A DNA stretch of 63,806 nucleotides, the filler included, from Thermodesulfobacteriota bacterium (GTDB taxonomy: Bacteria > DASVDK01), in the NCBI GenBank assembly GCA_036381125.1. It is 6 parts of 6 records of this genome, joined end to end, with 100 filler letters (N's around TTAATTAATTAA, not from the genome) between each part and the next. Parts side by side here need not be neighbours in the genome. Positions count along the whole stretch, not along the records: positions 33,117 to 48,031 come from DASVDK010000134.1; 5 more parts are not named here. One strand, written 5' to 3'. Below are positions 35,278 through 44,758 of the stretch, one piece after another; within the stretch, counting starts at the first letter, position 1; the number at the start of each line of letters is the position of its first letter. The notes beneath the pieces are model-generated. The model made no database searches and had not been told where the DNA came from. It worked only from the letters and a program-made list of their open reading frames with translations. The translations under genes and the position numbers were made by a program.

Positions 35278-35520
35278 ATGCAGGGTTCCACGAAGCTCGC
35301 GGGTGTTGCCGCGCTCGTCGCGGCAGGTCTCGTTGCCGTCGGCTGCTCGCAGCAGCAGACGACGCCGGCGCTCGCGCCTGCGCCGACGCCGACCCCGGAG
35401 GCGGCTGCGTCTCCGGCCGAGTCGCCGGCAGCCGACGCGTCCGCCGCGGTCGACGCGTCGCCGGCGGCCGACGCCTCGCCGGCGGCCGACGCGTCGCCGG
35501 CCGAAATGCCCGCGAAGTAG
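35278..35520 (+). CDS. Small low-complexity lipoprotein
   Basis: GAGGAGG SD, lipobox LVAVG|C, repeated ASPAAD units. Confidence 0.7.
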   Translation: MQGSTKLAGVAALVAAGLVAVGCSQQQTTPALAPAPTPTPEAAASPAESPAADASAAVDASPAADASPAADASPAEMPAK

Positions 35521-35594
35521 ATGTCCGGTGCCCGGGGGTGGTCGGGCCGTCCCGTCCGCTCCCGGGCCCACCTGCCCGGAAAGGGGGACACGCC

Positions 35595-36527
35595 GTGAGC
35601 CGCGCGCCGCGCCGCGTCCTCCTCGTGTTCGTCGACGGCATCGGCGTCGCGCCGGCCGGCCCCTCGAACCCCTTCGCCCAGGTCCCCCTCGCCGTCCTCG
35701 CCCCGCTCGTCGACCCGCGCGCCGTGCTGCCCCGCGGCGGCCGGGTGGCGCTCACCGACGCCACGCTCGGCGTCGCCGGGCTGCCGCAGAGCGCCACCGG
35801 CCAGACGACGATCCTCACGGGTCGCAACGCCGCGCGCATCGTGGGGCGCCACGTCCACGGCTTCCCCGGGCCGACGCTCGTCGCGGTCCTCCGCGAGGCG
35901 AGCCTCTTCCTCCCGGTCGTGGCCGCCGGCAGGCCGGCGCGCTTCCTGAACGCCTTCGGCGAGCCGTATCGGTCGGCCCTCGAGGCGGCCGACCCGGCGG
36001 CGCCGCCGTCGCGCGTCCTCGGCCGCCCGCTCTCGGCCACCACCCGGGCCGCGCTGGCGGCGCGGCTCCCCTTCATGGGGGCCGGCGACCTCGTGGCCGG
36101 CCGCGCCCTCTTCCACGACTTCACCAACGAGACGCTCGCGTCGCGAGGCATCGAGGCGCCCCGGCGGACGCCCGAGGCGGCCGGCGCCCTCCTCGCCGCC
36201 GCCTGCCGGCCGTACGACCTCGCCCTCTACGAGTACTTCCTCACCGACGTGGTCGGGCACCGGGCCGACCTCGAGGCCGGGGTCGCCCAGGTCGCGCGCC
36301 TCGAGGCGTTCCTCGCGGCGCTGGTGGCGGCGCTCGACGACGAGACGCTGCTCGTCGTGACGAGCGACCACGGCAACCTCGAGGACGCGACGACCCGCTC
36401 GCACACCCGAAACCCCGTTGCGACGCTGCTCCTGGGACCGGGGGCCGACGAGGCGGCCGCGCGGGTCCGTTCGCTCGAGGACATCACCCCGGCGATCCAC
36501 GCCGCGCTCGGGCTCTCGACGTCCTGA
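35595..36527 (+). CDS. Alkaline-phosphatase-superfamily metalloenzyme (cofactor-independent PGM-like)
   Basis: FVDGIG, PQSATGQT, TD..GH, TSDHGN.ED, HT.NPV. Confidence 0.82.
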   Translation: MSRAPRRVLLVFVDGIGVAPAGPSNPFAQVPLAVLAPLVDPRAVLPRGGRVALTDATLGVAGLPQSATGQTTILTGRNAARIVGRHVHGFPGPTLVAVLREASLFLPVVAAGRPARFLNAFGEPYRSALEAADPAAPPSRVLGRPLSATTRAALAARLPFMGAGDLVAGRALFHDFTNETLASRGIEAPRRTPEAAGALLAAACRPYDLALYEYFLTDVVGHRADLEAGVAQVARLEAFLAALVAALDDETLLVVTSDHGNLEDATTRSHTRNPVATLLLGPGADEAAARVRSLEDITPAIHAALGLSTS

Positions 36528-36599
36528 CGCTTGCCGGGGGCTGTGCTATCCTGCGGCCTGTCTGTAATGGTGTTTTATTTATCAGGGAGGTGTGCCGTG

Positions 36600-37583
36600 A
36601 TGCGTCCTCGGCCTCGCGCCGGTCTGCTCCCCGGCCTTGCATTCGTCTGCGCCCTGGTCCTCGGCGCGTGGGCGACGCCCGCGTCCGCCGCGTATCCGGA
36701 ACGCCCCGTCACGCTGATCGTCCCCTGGGCCGCGGGCGGCGGGACCGACGCGGTCGCGCGCATCCTGGCGGCGGTCCTCGAGAAGGACCTCGGGCAGTCG
36801 GTGAACGTCGTGAACCGCACCGGCGGCGGCGGCGCGGTGGGGCACACGGCAGGGGCCACCGCCCGGCCGGACGGCTACACGATCACCATGGCCACGGTCG
36901 AGATCACCATGATGCACTGGATGGGGCTCGCCCAGGTCGACCACACCGGCTACGACGCCGTGGCGCTCGTGAACTTCGACCCGGCCGGCGTGAGCGTCCG
37001 GCAGGACGCGCCGTGGAAGACGATCCAGGAGCTGAACGCCTACGTCAAGGCGAACCCGGGCGCGCTCAAGGCCTCGGGGACCGGCCCCGGCGGCATCTGG
37101 GACGTCGCGCGGGCCGGGTGGCTCAAGGCGTTCGGCCTGCCGCACACGGCGGTCCCCTGGGTGCCGAGCCAGGGGGCGGCGCCGGCGCTCCAGGAGGTCG
37201 TGGCGGGCGGCATCGACATCTGCACCTGCAGCCTGCCGGAGGCGGCCTCGCTCATCGAGGCGGGCAAGGTGCGGCCGCTCGCCATCATGGCCGACACCCG
37301 CGACCCCAGGTTCCCGGACGTGCCGACGCTCAAGGAGATCGGCCTCGACTGGACGATCGGCGCCTGGCGGGGCATCACGGTGCCGAAGGGGACCCCGGCC
37401 GACGTGATCGCGCGGCTCGAGCGGGCGGTGTCGAAGGCGGTCGAGAGCCAGGAGTTCGTCGAGTTCATGCGCAACCGCGGCTTCGGCATCCTGTACAAGG
37501 ACTCGAAGGGGTTCGCCGCCTTCATGCGGGAGGGCGACGCCGCCATGGGGGCCCTCATGAAGGAGGTCGGGCTCGCGAAGTAG
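36600..37583 (+). CDS. tctC: Tripartite tricarboxylate transporter substrate-binding protein
   Basis: YPERPV.LIVPW.AGGGTD, PDGYT, PDVPT..E. Confidence 0.9.
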   Translation: MRPRPRAGLLPGLAFVCALVLGAWATPASAAYPERPVTLIVPWAAGGGTDAVARILAAVLEKDLGQSVNVVNRTGGGGAVGHTAGATARPDGYTITMATVEITMMHWMGLAQVDHTGYDAVALVNFDPAGVSVRQDAPWKTIQELNAYVKANPGALKASGTGPGGIWDVARAGWLKAFGLPHTAVPWVPSQGAAPALQEVVAGGIDICTCSLPEAASLIEAGKVRPLAIMADTRDPRFPDVPTLKEIGLDWTIGAWRGITVPKGTPADVIARLERAVSKAVESQEFVEFMRNRGFGILYKDSKGFAAFMREGDAAMGALMKEVGLAK

Positions 37584-37590
37584 TCTCGCG

Positions 37591-38049
37591 GTGCGTCGAG
37601 CCGACGTCGTGTCGGGCGGCGCGGCGGCCCTCGCCGGGGCCGCCGCGTACGCCCTGACGCTGCCGTTCCCCGAGCTGGCCGACGGGCACCCGGGGCCGGC
37701 GCTCTTCCCGCGCCTCGTGGCCGGGCTCATGGTCCTCTTCGGCCTCGTGCTCGCGTGGCAGGGGGCGAGGGGGGAGCCGGCCGAGGCGGCGGAGGGGGGC
37801 GCCGCGACCGAGCGGGCCGGGGTCCTGAACGCCCTGCTCGTCGTCGCCGCGGTCGTCGGCTACATCCTCGTCGTGGAGCGGGCGGGCTTCGTCCCGACGC
37901 TCGGCGTCCTCCTGTTCGCGCTCATGTGGCGGCTCGGCGTCCGGCTCGGGGCGGCGGTCGGCCTGGCGGCCGGCCTCGCGGTCGGCACCTACCTCCTCTT
38001 CGCGCGGGTCCTGCTGGTGCCGCTGCCGCGCGGGCCGATCCCCTTCTGA
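37591..38049 (+). CDS. tctB: Tripartite tricarboxylate transporter small permease
   Basis: GPALFP, 4 TM helices, LPRG; between tctC and tctA. Confidence 0.85.
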   Translation: MRRADVVSGGAAALAGAAAYALTLPFPELADGHPGPALFPRLVAGLMVLFGLVLAWQGARGEPAEAAEGGAATERAGVLNALLVVAAVVGYILVVERAGFVPTLGVLLFALMWRLGVRLGAAVGLAAGLAVGTYLLFARVLLVPLPRGPIPF

Positions 38050-38061
38050 CCGGAGCCGCCC

Positions 38062-39579
38062 GTGATCGACCACCTCGGCGCCGCGCTGCTCGCGCTCGCG
38101 CAACCGGACGTCCTCCTGGTCATCCTCCTGTCGGCCGTCTTCGGCCTCTTCCTCGGGGCGATCCCCGGCCTGACGGCGACCATGGGTGCGGCCCTCCTGG
38201 TGCCGTTCGCCTTCTTCATGGAGCCGCTGCCGGCCCTCGCGTCGATCGTGACCATGTCGGCCATGGCGATCTTCGCGGGCGACATCCCGGCGGCGCTCGT
38301 CCGGATGCCCGGGACCCCCTCCTCGGCCGCGTACACCGAGGACTCCTACCGGCTCGCGCAGAAGGGACAGCTCGGACTCGTCCTCGGCGTGGACGTCGCC
38401 TCGTCGGTCATCGGCGGGCTCATGGGGGCCGTCGTCCTCATCGTGGCCGCGCCGCGGCTCGCCGAGTTCGCCCTGAACTTCGCCTCGTTCGAGTACTTCT
38501 GGCTCGCGGTGCTCGGCCTCTCCTGCGCCGTCCTCATCTCGCCCGGGTCGGCCGTGAAGGGGCTGATCGCGCTCCTGGTCGGCCTCCTCCTCTCCACGGT
38601 CGGCATCGACGTGGCGCAGGGGTACCCGCGCTTCACCTTCGGCGTGATCGACCTCCTGTCGGGGATCAGCTTCATCCCGGCGATGATCGGCCTCTTCGGC
38701 GTCTCGGAGGTGCTCCGCAACGTGATGGCGCCGGGCCGCATGCCGCCTGCGGCGCGGGTGCCGTCGCGCATCTTCGAAGGGGTCTGGCCGGTCGTCGCCC
38801 GCTACCGCTGGAACGTGCTGCGCTCGGGCGCCATCGGGACCTTCATCGGCGTCCTGCCGGGCGCCGGCGCGGACATCGCCGCCTGGCTCGCCTACGCCGT
38901 GGCCAAGAAGCGGTCGAAGGAGGGGGCGGAGTTCGGCAAGGGGCACATCGAGCCGATCGTCGACGCCGGAACGGCGAACAACTCGTCGCTCGCGGGTGAC
39001 TGGGTCCCGGCGCTGGTCTTCGGCATCCCGGGCGACTCGATCACCGCCGTCGTGATCGGCGTTCTCTACATGAAGGGGCTACGGCCCGGCCCCATGATCT
39101 TCGAGCAGCAGCCGGCCCTCGTCTACTCGGTCTACGCCACGTTCATCCTCGCGAACCTCCTCCTGATCCCGCTCGGCTACCTCGCGATCCGCGCGTCGGG
39201 CCACATCCTCCGCGTGCCGCGCAACGTCCTGATGCCGGCCATCCTCGCCTTCTGCATCGTCGGCGCCTACGCCATCAACAACAGCCTCTTCGACGTGGGT
39301 ATCATGCTCGCCACCGGCGTCCTCGGCTACGTGATGGAGCGGTACGGCTTCCCGGTGGCGCCGGTCGTGCTCGGCCTCGTGCTCGGTCCGATCGTGGAGC
39401 AGAACTTCATGACGAGCGCCATCAAGACCCACTGGGACCTCACCGCCTTCTTCGGCCGGCCGATCGGCAACGCGCTGGCCGCCGTGACGATCGGCCTCTG
39501 GCTGCTTCCCCTCCTGTCCACCCTCCGCGCCCGCCGGCGGGCGCGGCGCGCGCCGGACGGTCCGGTGCCGTCGCGGTAA
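38062..39579 (+). CDS. tctA: Tripartite tricarboxylate transporter large permease
   Basis: GAIPGL, PGTPSS, LPGAGA, ANN, GIPGD. Confidence 0.92.
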   Translation: MIDHLGAALLALAQPDVLLVILLSAVFGLFLGAIPGLTATMGAALLVPFAFFMEPLPALASIVTMSAMAIFAGDIPAALVRMPGTPSSAAYTEDSYRLAQKGQLGLVLGVDVASSVIGGLMGAVVLIVAAPRLAEFALNFASFEYFWLAVLGLSCAVLISPGSAVKGLIALLVGLLLSTVGIDVAQGYPRFTFGVIDLLSGISFIPAMIGLFGVSEVLRNVMAPGRMPPAARVPSRIFEGVWPVVARYRWNVLRSGAIGTFIGVLPGAGADIAAWLAYAVAKKRSKEGAEFGKGHIEPIVDAGTANNSSLAGDWVPALVFGIPGDSITAVVIGVLYMKGLRPGPMIFEQQPALVYSVYATFILANLLLIPLGYLAIRASGHILRVPRNVLMPAILAFCIVGAYAINNSLFDVGIMLATGVLGYVMERYGFPVAPVVLGLVLGPIVEQNFMTSAIKTHWDLTAFFGRPIGNALAAVTIGLWLLPLLSTLRARRRARRAPDGPVPSR

Positions 39580-39671
39580 GCTACCGTTCCAAGTCGGCGC
39601 CAGCGGTCCGCCCGTACCCGAACGTCGTCACGGGTGGGGCGGCTCGACGAGGAAGGAGTCGCACGGGCGGC

Positions 39672-40175
39672 ATGTGGAACCTCCTGATGGTCGCGCTCGG
39701 CGGGGCGGTGGGCTCGATGGCGAGGTACTGGATCGGTACCGTGCTGGCGGCTCGCCTCGGCGCCGCGTTCCCATACGGTACGTTCTTCGTGAACGTCACC
39801 GGCTCGTTCCTCATCGGATACATCCTGACGGCCGGCACGGAGCGCTTCGGCCTGCACCCGACGTTCCGCCTCCTCCTCGCGACCGGCTTCCTCGGGGGCT
39901 ACACGACCTTCTCGACCTTCGAGTACGAGACGCTGCGCCTGCTCGAGACCGGCGCCTTCCTGCGCGCCGCGACCAACGTGGTCCTCAGCGTCGTGATCGG
40001 CCTCGCCGGTGTCTGGGCGGGAGCCGTTCTGGCACGCGAGGCGCCGCTGCCGCGCTGGTCGTCGGTCCTCGAAGCGCCCCGACCGATCGCGCGGCCCGAG
40101 CGTGCGTCGTCGGGTTTCGGCGCGCTCCCGCGCGAGCGGTCTGCAGAGGCCGGTCGCGAGTCACGCGGGCTTTGA
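39672..40175 (+). CDS. crcB: Fluoride channel Fluc/CrcB
   Basis: GGAVGS.ARY, FPYGT..VNV.GS, GFLGGYTTFSTF. Confidence 0.93.
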   Translation: MWNLLMVALGGAVGSMARYWIGTVLAARLGAAFPYGTFFVNVTGSFLIGYILTAGTERFGLHPTFRLLLATGFLGGYTTFSTFEYETLRLLETGAFLRAATNVVLSVVIGLAGVWAGAVLAREAPLPRWSSVLEAPRPIARPERASSGFGALPRERSAEAGRESRGL

Positions 40176-40182
40176 CCCCCCG

Positions 40183-40527
40183 ATGGACGGCGGCGCCACG
40201 CGGTTCACGACGCGGCCCGGCCTGAGAGCCACGATCCTGATGGACGAGGAGGAGCAGTACCAGGGACGCCCGCTGGTCTCGGTGCTCCTCGACCTCGCGC
40301 GCGATGCCGGCGTCCGTACGGCCTTCGTGTCCAAAGGGGTTGCGGGTTTCGGCGAACGACGGCTCGTACACACGACCGCCATCGAGATCCTGACCTTCCA
40401 CCTCCCCCTCACCGTGGAGTGCGTCGACGAGGTGGAGCGGGTCGAGCGGCTGGTCGGCCGCCTCGGGGCAATGGCCTTCGGTGGGCTGCTCGACGTCCAG
40501 CCGACGGCGCTCGTCGTGCCCGAGTAG
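40183..40527 (+). CDS. DUF190 (PII-like) protein
   Basis: G..GFG....HT......LP..VE.VD. Confidence 0.8.
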   Translation: MDGGATRFTTRPGLRATILMDEEEQYQGRPLVSVLLDLARDAGVRTAFVSKGVAGFGERRLVHTTAIEILTFHLPLTVECVDEVERVERLVGRLGAMAFGGLLDVQPTALVVPE

Positions 40528-40557
40528 CGGTCGGCGGCGGGGAAGGGGGCGGGTGAG

Positions 40558-41286
40558 ATGCTGGGGCGAGGACCGGCGAAGAAGCTGATCATCTACGTGA
40601 GCGAGCAGGACCGTTACGGGGGGCGCCCCGTCCACGAGCGGCTGCTCGAGCTGTTCCACGAGCGGGGCTGCGCGGGCGCCACGGTCACCAAGGCGGTCGC
40701 GGGGTTCGGCCCCCACGGCGTCTTCCGCAAGCGTGAAGCGCTCGCGCTGACCGAGAACCTTCCGATCCGGATCGAGGTGGTCGAGGACGCGGCGGCCATC
40801 GAGCGGCTCCTGCCGTTCGTTTACGACATGGTCGAGGAGGGGCTCGTCGAGGTGCTCGACACGAGCGTGGTGAAGTACGCCCGCCGGGGTGAGCCGCCTT
40901 TGGCGTCTCCAGCCTCGCACCCCCGCGTCCGGCTCGAAGGCCGGGCCAAGATGCTCACGGTCTTCATCGATGAGTCCGACGAGTGGGAGGGCGCCCCGCT
41001 CCACGAGGCGATCGTGAAGCGGCTGCGGATGCTCGACCTTGCCGGGGCCACGGTCGAGCGGGGCATGCTCGGCTACGGCGCGAGCCGCCGGATCCACAGC
41101 GGCGGACTGATGCACCTCTCGGCCGACCGGCCCGTCAGGATCACCGTCGTAGACACCGAGGAGCGGATCCGCACCGTCCTCCCCGTACTCGACGAGATGG
41201 TCGCCGACGGCCTCGTGGTGACGTCGGACGTCGACATCGTCGCGTACCGGGCCGGTCGAGGCGACGAGGCCCCTCCGGTTGCCTGA
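40558..41286 (+). CDS. Tandem DUF190 domain protein
   Basis: Two repeats of I..SE.D...G.P.HE...AGATV...GFG/GYG. Confidence 0.85.
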   Translation: MLGRGPAKKLIIYVSEQDRYGGRPVHERLLELFHERGCAGATVTKAVAGFGPHGVFRKREALALTENLPIRIEVVEDAAAIERLLPFVYDMVEEGLVEVLDTSVVKYARRGEPPLASPASHPRVRLEGRAKMLTVFIDESDEWEGAPLHEAIVKRLRMLDLAGATVERGMLGYGASRRIHSGGLMHLSADRPVRITVVDTEERIRTVLPVLDEMVADGLVVTSDVDIVAYRAGRGDEAPPVA

Positions 41287-41434
41287 CCCCCCGGCGGTCC
41301 TCCGATCGCGTCGAGATCCGGCCGCTCCTCGGCCGAAGAAGAGCCCTCCGATGCAGGCGGCGAATCGGACCGCGAGCCTTCCCGCGAGGCGTTCTGGTCG
41401 AACCGCCGCCCGGATGTCTCCCGGTGGTGGGGCC

Positions 41435-41453
41435 GGCAGGTCTTCGGGCTTGC
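41435..41453 (-). promoter_or_regulatory. Isolated cobalamin-riboswitch B12-box (possible remnant)
   Basis: Minus strand GCAAGCCCGAAGACCTGCC; 5' aptamer motifs not seen. Confidence 0.4.
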
Positions 41454-41565
41454 GAGCGCGTCGGCGGCGCCGACTGCTTGTGGGAGCGCCTCGCCTGTCA
41501 ACCCATGTCTTGCGCGCGAGCGCAGGCCGTGTCGGCGTCGATCTCGAACGGCCCCAGGTCTTGGA

Positions 41566-41640
41566 CGGAAAACGTTGAGGCCTGACCCCATGGAAAATGG
41601 AAAGACCTGACCCCGTGGAAAATGGAAAGACCTGACCCCC
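41566..41640. repeat. 3 x 25-bp tandem repeat TGGAAAATGGAAAG(A/G)CCTGACCCC
   Basis: Units 41566-41590, 41591-41615, 41616-41640. Confidence 0.92.
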
Positions 41641-41646
41641 GCGGCG

Positions 41647-42681
41647 CTAGGGGACGAGGACGATCTTGCCGACCACCTGCCGCCCCTCGAGGGCGTCGAA
41701 GGCGGCCGGCGCCTCGTGCATCGGCACGACGCGGTCGACGACCGGCCTGAGCCGGCCGGCCGCGGCGAGGCGGAGCGCCGCCTCGAGGTCGCCCCGGCTC
41801 CCCATGGTGGAGCCGAGGATGTCGAGCTGGTTCCAGAAGATGATCTGGAGCTGCGTCTGCGGTGTGGCGCCGGTCGTGGCCCCGTAGGTGACGATCCGGC
41901 CGCCCTTGGCGCACGACCTGAGCGACTCGAGCCAGGTCGTCGCACCGACGTTCTCGAGCACGAGGTCGACGCCCCGCTTGCCGGTGAGGGCCCTGACCTG
42001 CTTCGAGATCGGCTCCGCGCCCTCGCCGGTCGGGATCACGTGGTCGGCGCCGAGCGCCTTGACCGCCGCGGCCTTCTTCTCGCTGCTCGCCGTGGCGAGG
42101 ACGGTCGCGCCGGCGAGCTTTGCGATCTGGATGGCCAGCGACGCGACGCCGCCGGCGCCGCCCAGGACGAGGCAGGTCTCGGCCGGACGCAGCCGCCCCC
42201 GGACGATCATCGCGCGCCAGGCGGTCTGGGCGCAGAGGGGGAGCGCGGCCGCCTCCTCGAACGAGAGCGTCGCCGGCTTGCGGACGAGCGTGTAGGCCGG
42301 CGCGACCGCGTACTCGGCCAGGCCGCCGTTGGTGTGCTCGCCGAAGATCTGGAACGCGGGCGAGAGGGTCCGCTCGCCCCGCCGCGTGAACTCGTCCTCC
42401 ACCGGGTTGAGCGAGGGGTCGACGAGGACCTCGTCGCCCGGCTTCCACGCGGTCACCCCGGGCCCGACCTGGTCCACGACGCCCGCCACGTCGCTCCCCG
42501 GCACGTGCGGCAGCGGGATCGGAACGCCCGGCAGGCCGCGGCGGGCCCAGATGTCGAGGTAGTTCAGGGCGACCGCCCTGACGCGCAGCCGGACCTCGCC
42601 CGGACCGGGGGTCGGGTCGGGGAGGGTCCCGACCGTCAGGACCTCGGGGCCGCCGTGCCGCTCGAAGTAGACCGCCCGCAT
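41647..42681 (-). CDS. MDR family NADPH:quinone oxidoreductase-like protein
   Basis: HGGPEVL, LNYLD, GSDVAG, GGAGGVA, GKIVL. Confidence 0.88.
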   Translation of the reverse strand: MRAVYFERHGGPEVLTVGTLPDPTPGPGEVRLRVRAVALNYLDIWARRGLPGVPIPLPHVPGSDVAGVVDQVGPGVTAWKPGDEVLVDPSLNPVEDEFTRRGERTLSPAFQIFGEHTNGGLAEYAVAPAYTLVRKPATLSFEEAAALPLCAQTAWRAMIVRGRLRPAETCLVLGGAGGVASLAIQIAKLAGATVLATASSEKKAAAVKALGADHVIPTGEGAEPISKQVRALTGKRGVDLVLENVGATTWLESLRSCAKGGRIVTYGATTGATPQTQLQIIFWNQLDILGSTMGSRGDLEAALRLAAAGRLRPVVDRVVPMHEAPAAFDALEGRQVVGKIVLVP

Positions 42682-42704
42682 GCGCGCACCTCCCTTGGAT
42701 GTCG

Positions 42705-43523
42705 TCAGGCCCGTGCGATGCCCTCGTTGAGCGACCCGGAGCGAAGCCCCTGCAGGTCGACGGCGACGTGCCGGAACCCCGCGTCGCGCAGCGCCGCCAC
42801 GACGGCCTGACGCGTGCGGGGCTCGAGGAGGCGGGGGAGGTCGGCCTCCGGCACCTCGATGCGCGCCACGTCGCCGTGGTGGCGGACCCTGAGCTCCCGG
42901 AAGCCAAGCCTTCTCAGCGCCGTCTCGCCCCGCTCGACCGTCCGCAGCCGCTCGACCGTCACTCTGGTGCCGTACGGCAGCCTCGAGGCGAGACAGGGCT
43001 GCGCCGGCTTGTCGGCGGTCGCGAGCCCCAGGCGGCGCGACAGCTCCCGGATCTCCGCCTTGCCGAGACCGACCTCGAGCAGGGGACCGCCGATACCGTG
43101 CTCGCGCGCCGCCTCCATGCCGGGCCGGAAGTCGGCCGCGTCGTCCGCGTTGACGCCGTAGACGATCGTCGAGAGGCCCAGCTCGCGCGCCACCCGCTTC
43201 GCCTCCGTGAAGAGGGCACCCTTGCAGAAGTAGCAGCGGCGCGGCGAGTTCGCCACGTAGCCCGCCTCGGCCATCTCGTGCGTCTCGACCTCGACGTGGC
43301 GGGCGCCGATCTCGCGGGCCAGGCGGGCGGCAGCCTCCCGCTCCTCGGCGGCGAGCGAGGGGGAGACGGCGGTCAGCGCCACGGCGCCGTCGCCGAGGAC
43401 GTCCACGGCCACCTTGAGGAGGAACGCGCTGTCGACGCCGCCCGAGTAGCAGACCAGGGTAGGGCCGCCCTCGGCCAGGATGCGCTGGAGCCTGCCGTAC
43501 TTGGCGTCGATCGGCATGAGCAT
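42705..43523 (-). CDS. larE: ATP-dependent sacrificial sulfur transferase LarE-like
   Basis: YSGGVDS, RCYFCK, D.RPG, K.EIR, PCLASR.PYG, RVRHHG. Confidence 0.88.
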   Translation of the reverse strand: MLMPIDAKYGRLQRILAEGGPTLVCYSGGVDSAFLLKVAVDVLGDGAVALTAVSPSLAAEEREAAARLAREIGARHVEVETHEMAEAGYVANSPRRCYFCKGALFTEAKRVARELGLSTIVYGVNADDAADFRPGMEAAREHGIGGPLLEVGLGKAEIRELSRRLGLATADKPAQPCLASRLPYGTRVTVERLRTVERGETALRRLGFRELRVRHHGDVARIEVPEADLPRLLEPRTRQAVVAALRDAGFRHVAVDLQGLRSGSLNEGIARA

Positions 43524-43632
43524 GCTGGCAGTCTGGCGCACGCCGCGAGGCCTGTCCAGCCGGGACCGGAGGAAGATAGGATTGCCTAAGTCCATGGCTT
43601 TGCAGGAATCAAGTCAGAGATTAACCTTCTGC

Positions 43633-43661
43633 TTGACACTCCGCGCATTACCCCCTATGCT
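43633..43661 (+). promoter_or_regulatory. Sigma70-type promoter of the iron ABC operon
   Basis: TTGACA-17 bp-TATGCT. Confidence 0.7.
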
Positions 43662-43729
43662 CCCTCCCGAGTCCCTACTCGTGGATCTCCGATCCCGACA
43701 CCCGACCGAAAGAGAAGGAGGCACTTCCC

Positions 43730-44758
43730 GTGCACATCCGTGCCATGCGCGTCGGCGCCGCCGGCCTGGTGGGCCTGGTCGCCCTTGCCGTCGCAGCCTG
43801 GTCGGGCGACCGTGCGTCGGCCGCCGACCAGGAAGTCAACGTCTACTCGTCACGCTCCCACTACGGGTCCGAGAGGGTCTTCGAGGAGTTCACGAAGAAG
43901 ACCGGCATCAAGGTCAACATCTTCGGGGGCAACAACAACGAGGTCTTCGAGCGGCTCAAGGCCGAGGGGGCCAACACCAGGGCCGACGTGCTCGTCACCG
44001 TGGACGCCGGCAACCTCTGGAACGCCGCGCGCGCCGGGCTCCTGCAGCCGGTCGAGTCGCGCATCATCAACGCCAACGTCCCGGAGCACCTGCGCGATCC
44101 GGAGAACCGCTGGTTCGGCCTCGCGGTCCGCGCGCGCACGATCATGTACAGCACCGAGCGCGTGAAGCCGTCCGAGCTGTCCACCTACGAGGCGCTGGGC
44201 GACCCGAAGTGGAAGGGGCGCCTCTGCCTGCGCACCTCCAACAGCACCTACAACCAGTCGCTGCTGGCCACCTGGATCAAGCGATACGGTGAGCCGAAGG
44301 TCGAGCAGATCGTCAAGGGATGGGTCGCGAACGAGCCGACGATCATCGACGGGGACACCAAGATCCTCGAGGCGATCGCCGCCGGCCAGTGCGACGTCGG
44401 CATCACCAACACCTACTACCTCGCGCGCATCCTCGCCAAGAAGCCCGACTTCCCGGTGGCGCCCTTCTGGCCCGACCAGTCGGGGGCGGGCGTGCACGTC
44501 AACGTCTCCGGCGCCGGCGTGACCGCCCACGCGAAGAACCGGGACAACGCCGTCAAGCTCATCGAGTACCTCAGCTCGGTCGAGGCGCAGAATTACTTCG
44601 CGGACGGCAGCTTCGAGTACCCGGTGAACCCGAAGGTCGAGCCGGCGCCGCTCCTCGCGAAGTGGGGGACGTTCAAGGCGGACGACATCGGCGTCGCGTC
44701 GGCCGGCGAGTTCCAGGCGGCAGCGGTCCGACTGGCCGACCGTGTCGGGTACAAGTAG
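43730..44758 (+). CDS. Fe(III) ABC substrate-binding protein (FbpA/FutA-like)
   Basis: VYSSRSH, TVDAG, YNQSL, NTYY, HVNVSG, EYP. Confidence 0.92.
   Translation: MHIRAMRVGAAGLVGLVALAVAAWSGDRASAADQEVNVYSSRSHYGSERVFEEFTKKTGIKVNIFGGNNNEVFERLKAEGANTRADVLVTVDAGNLWNAARAGLLQPVESRIINANVPEHLRDPENRWFGLAVRARTIMYSTERVKPSELSTYEALGDPKWKGRLCLRTSNSTYNQSLLATWIKRYGEPKVEQIVKGWVANEPTIIDGDTKILEAIAAGQCDVGITNTYYLARILAKKPDFPVAPFWPDQSGAGVHVNVSGAGVTAHAKNRDNAVKLIEYLSSVEAQNYFADGSFEYPVNPKVEPAPLLAKWGTFKADDIGVASAGEFQAAAVRLADRVGYK

Noticed and set aside
39580-39671. Expected fluoride riboswitch upstream of crcB
   Set aside because: No GGNGATGG...CTGATG consensus visible
41566-41640. 25-bp repeats as a CRISPR array
   Set aside because: Units are directly abutting with no spacers, and no cas genes are in the window
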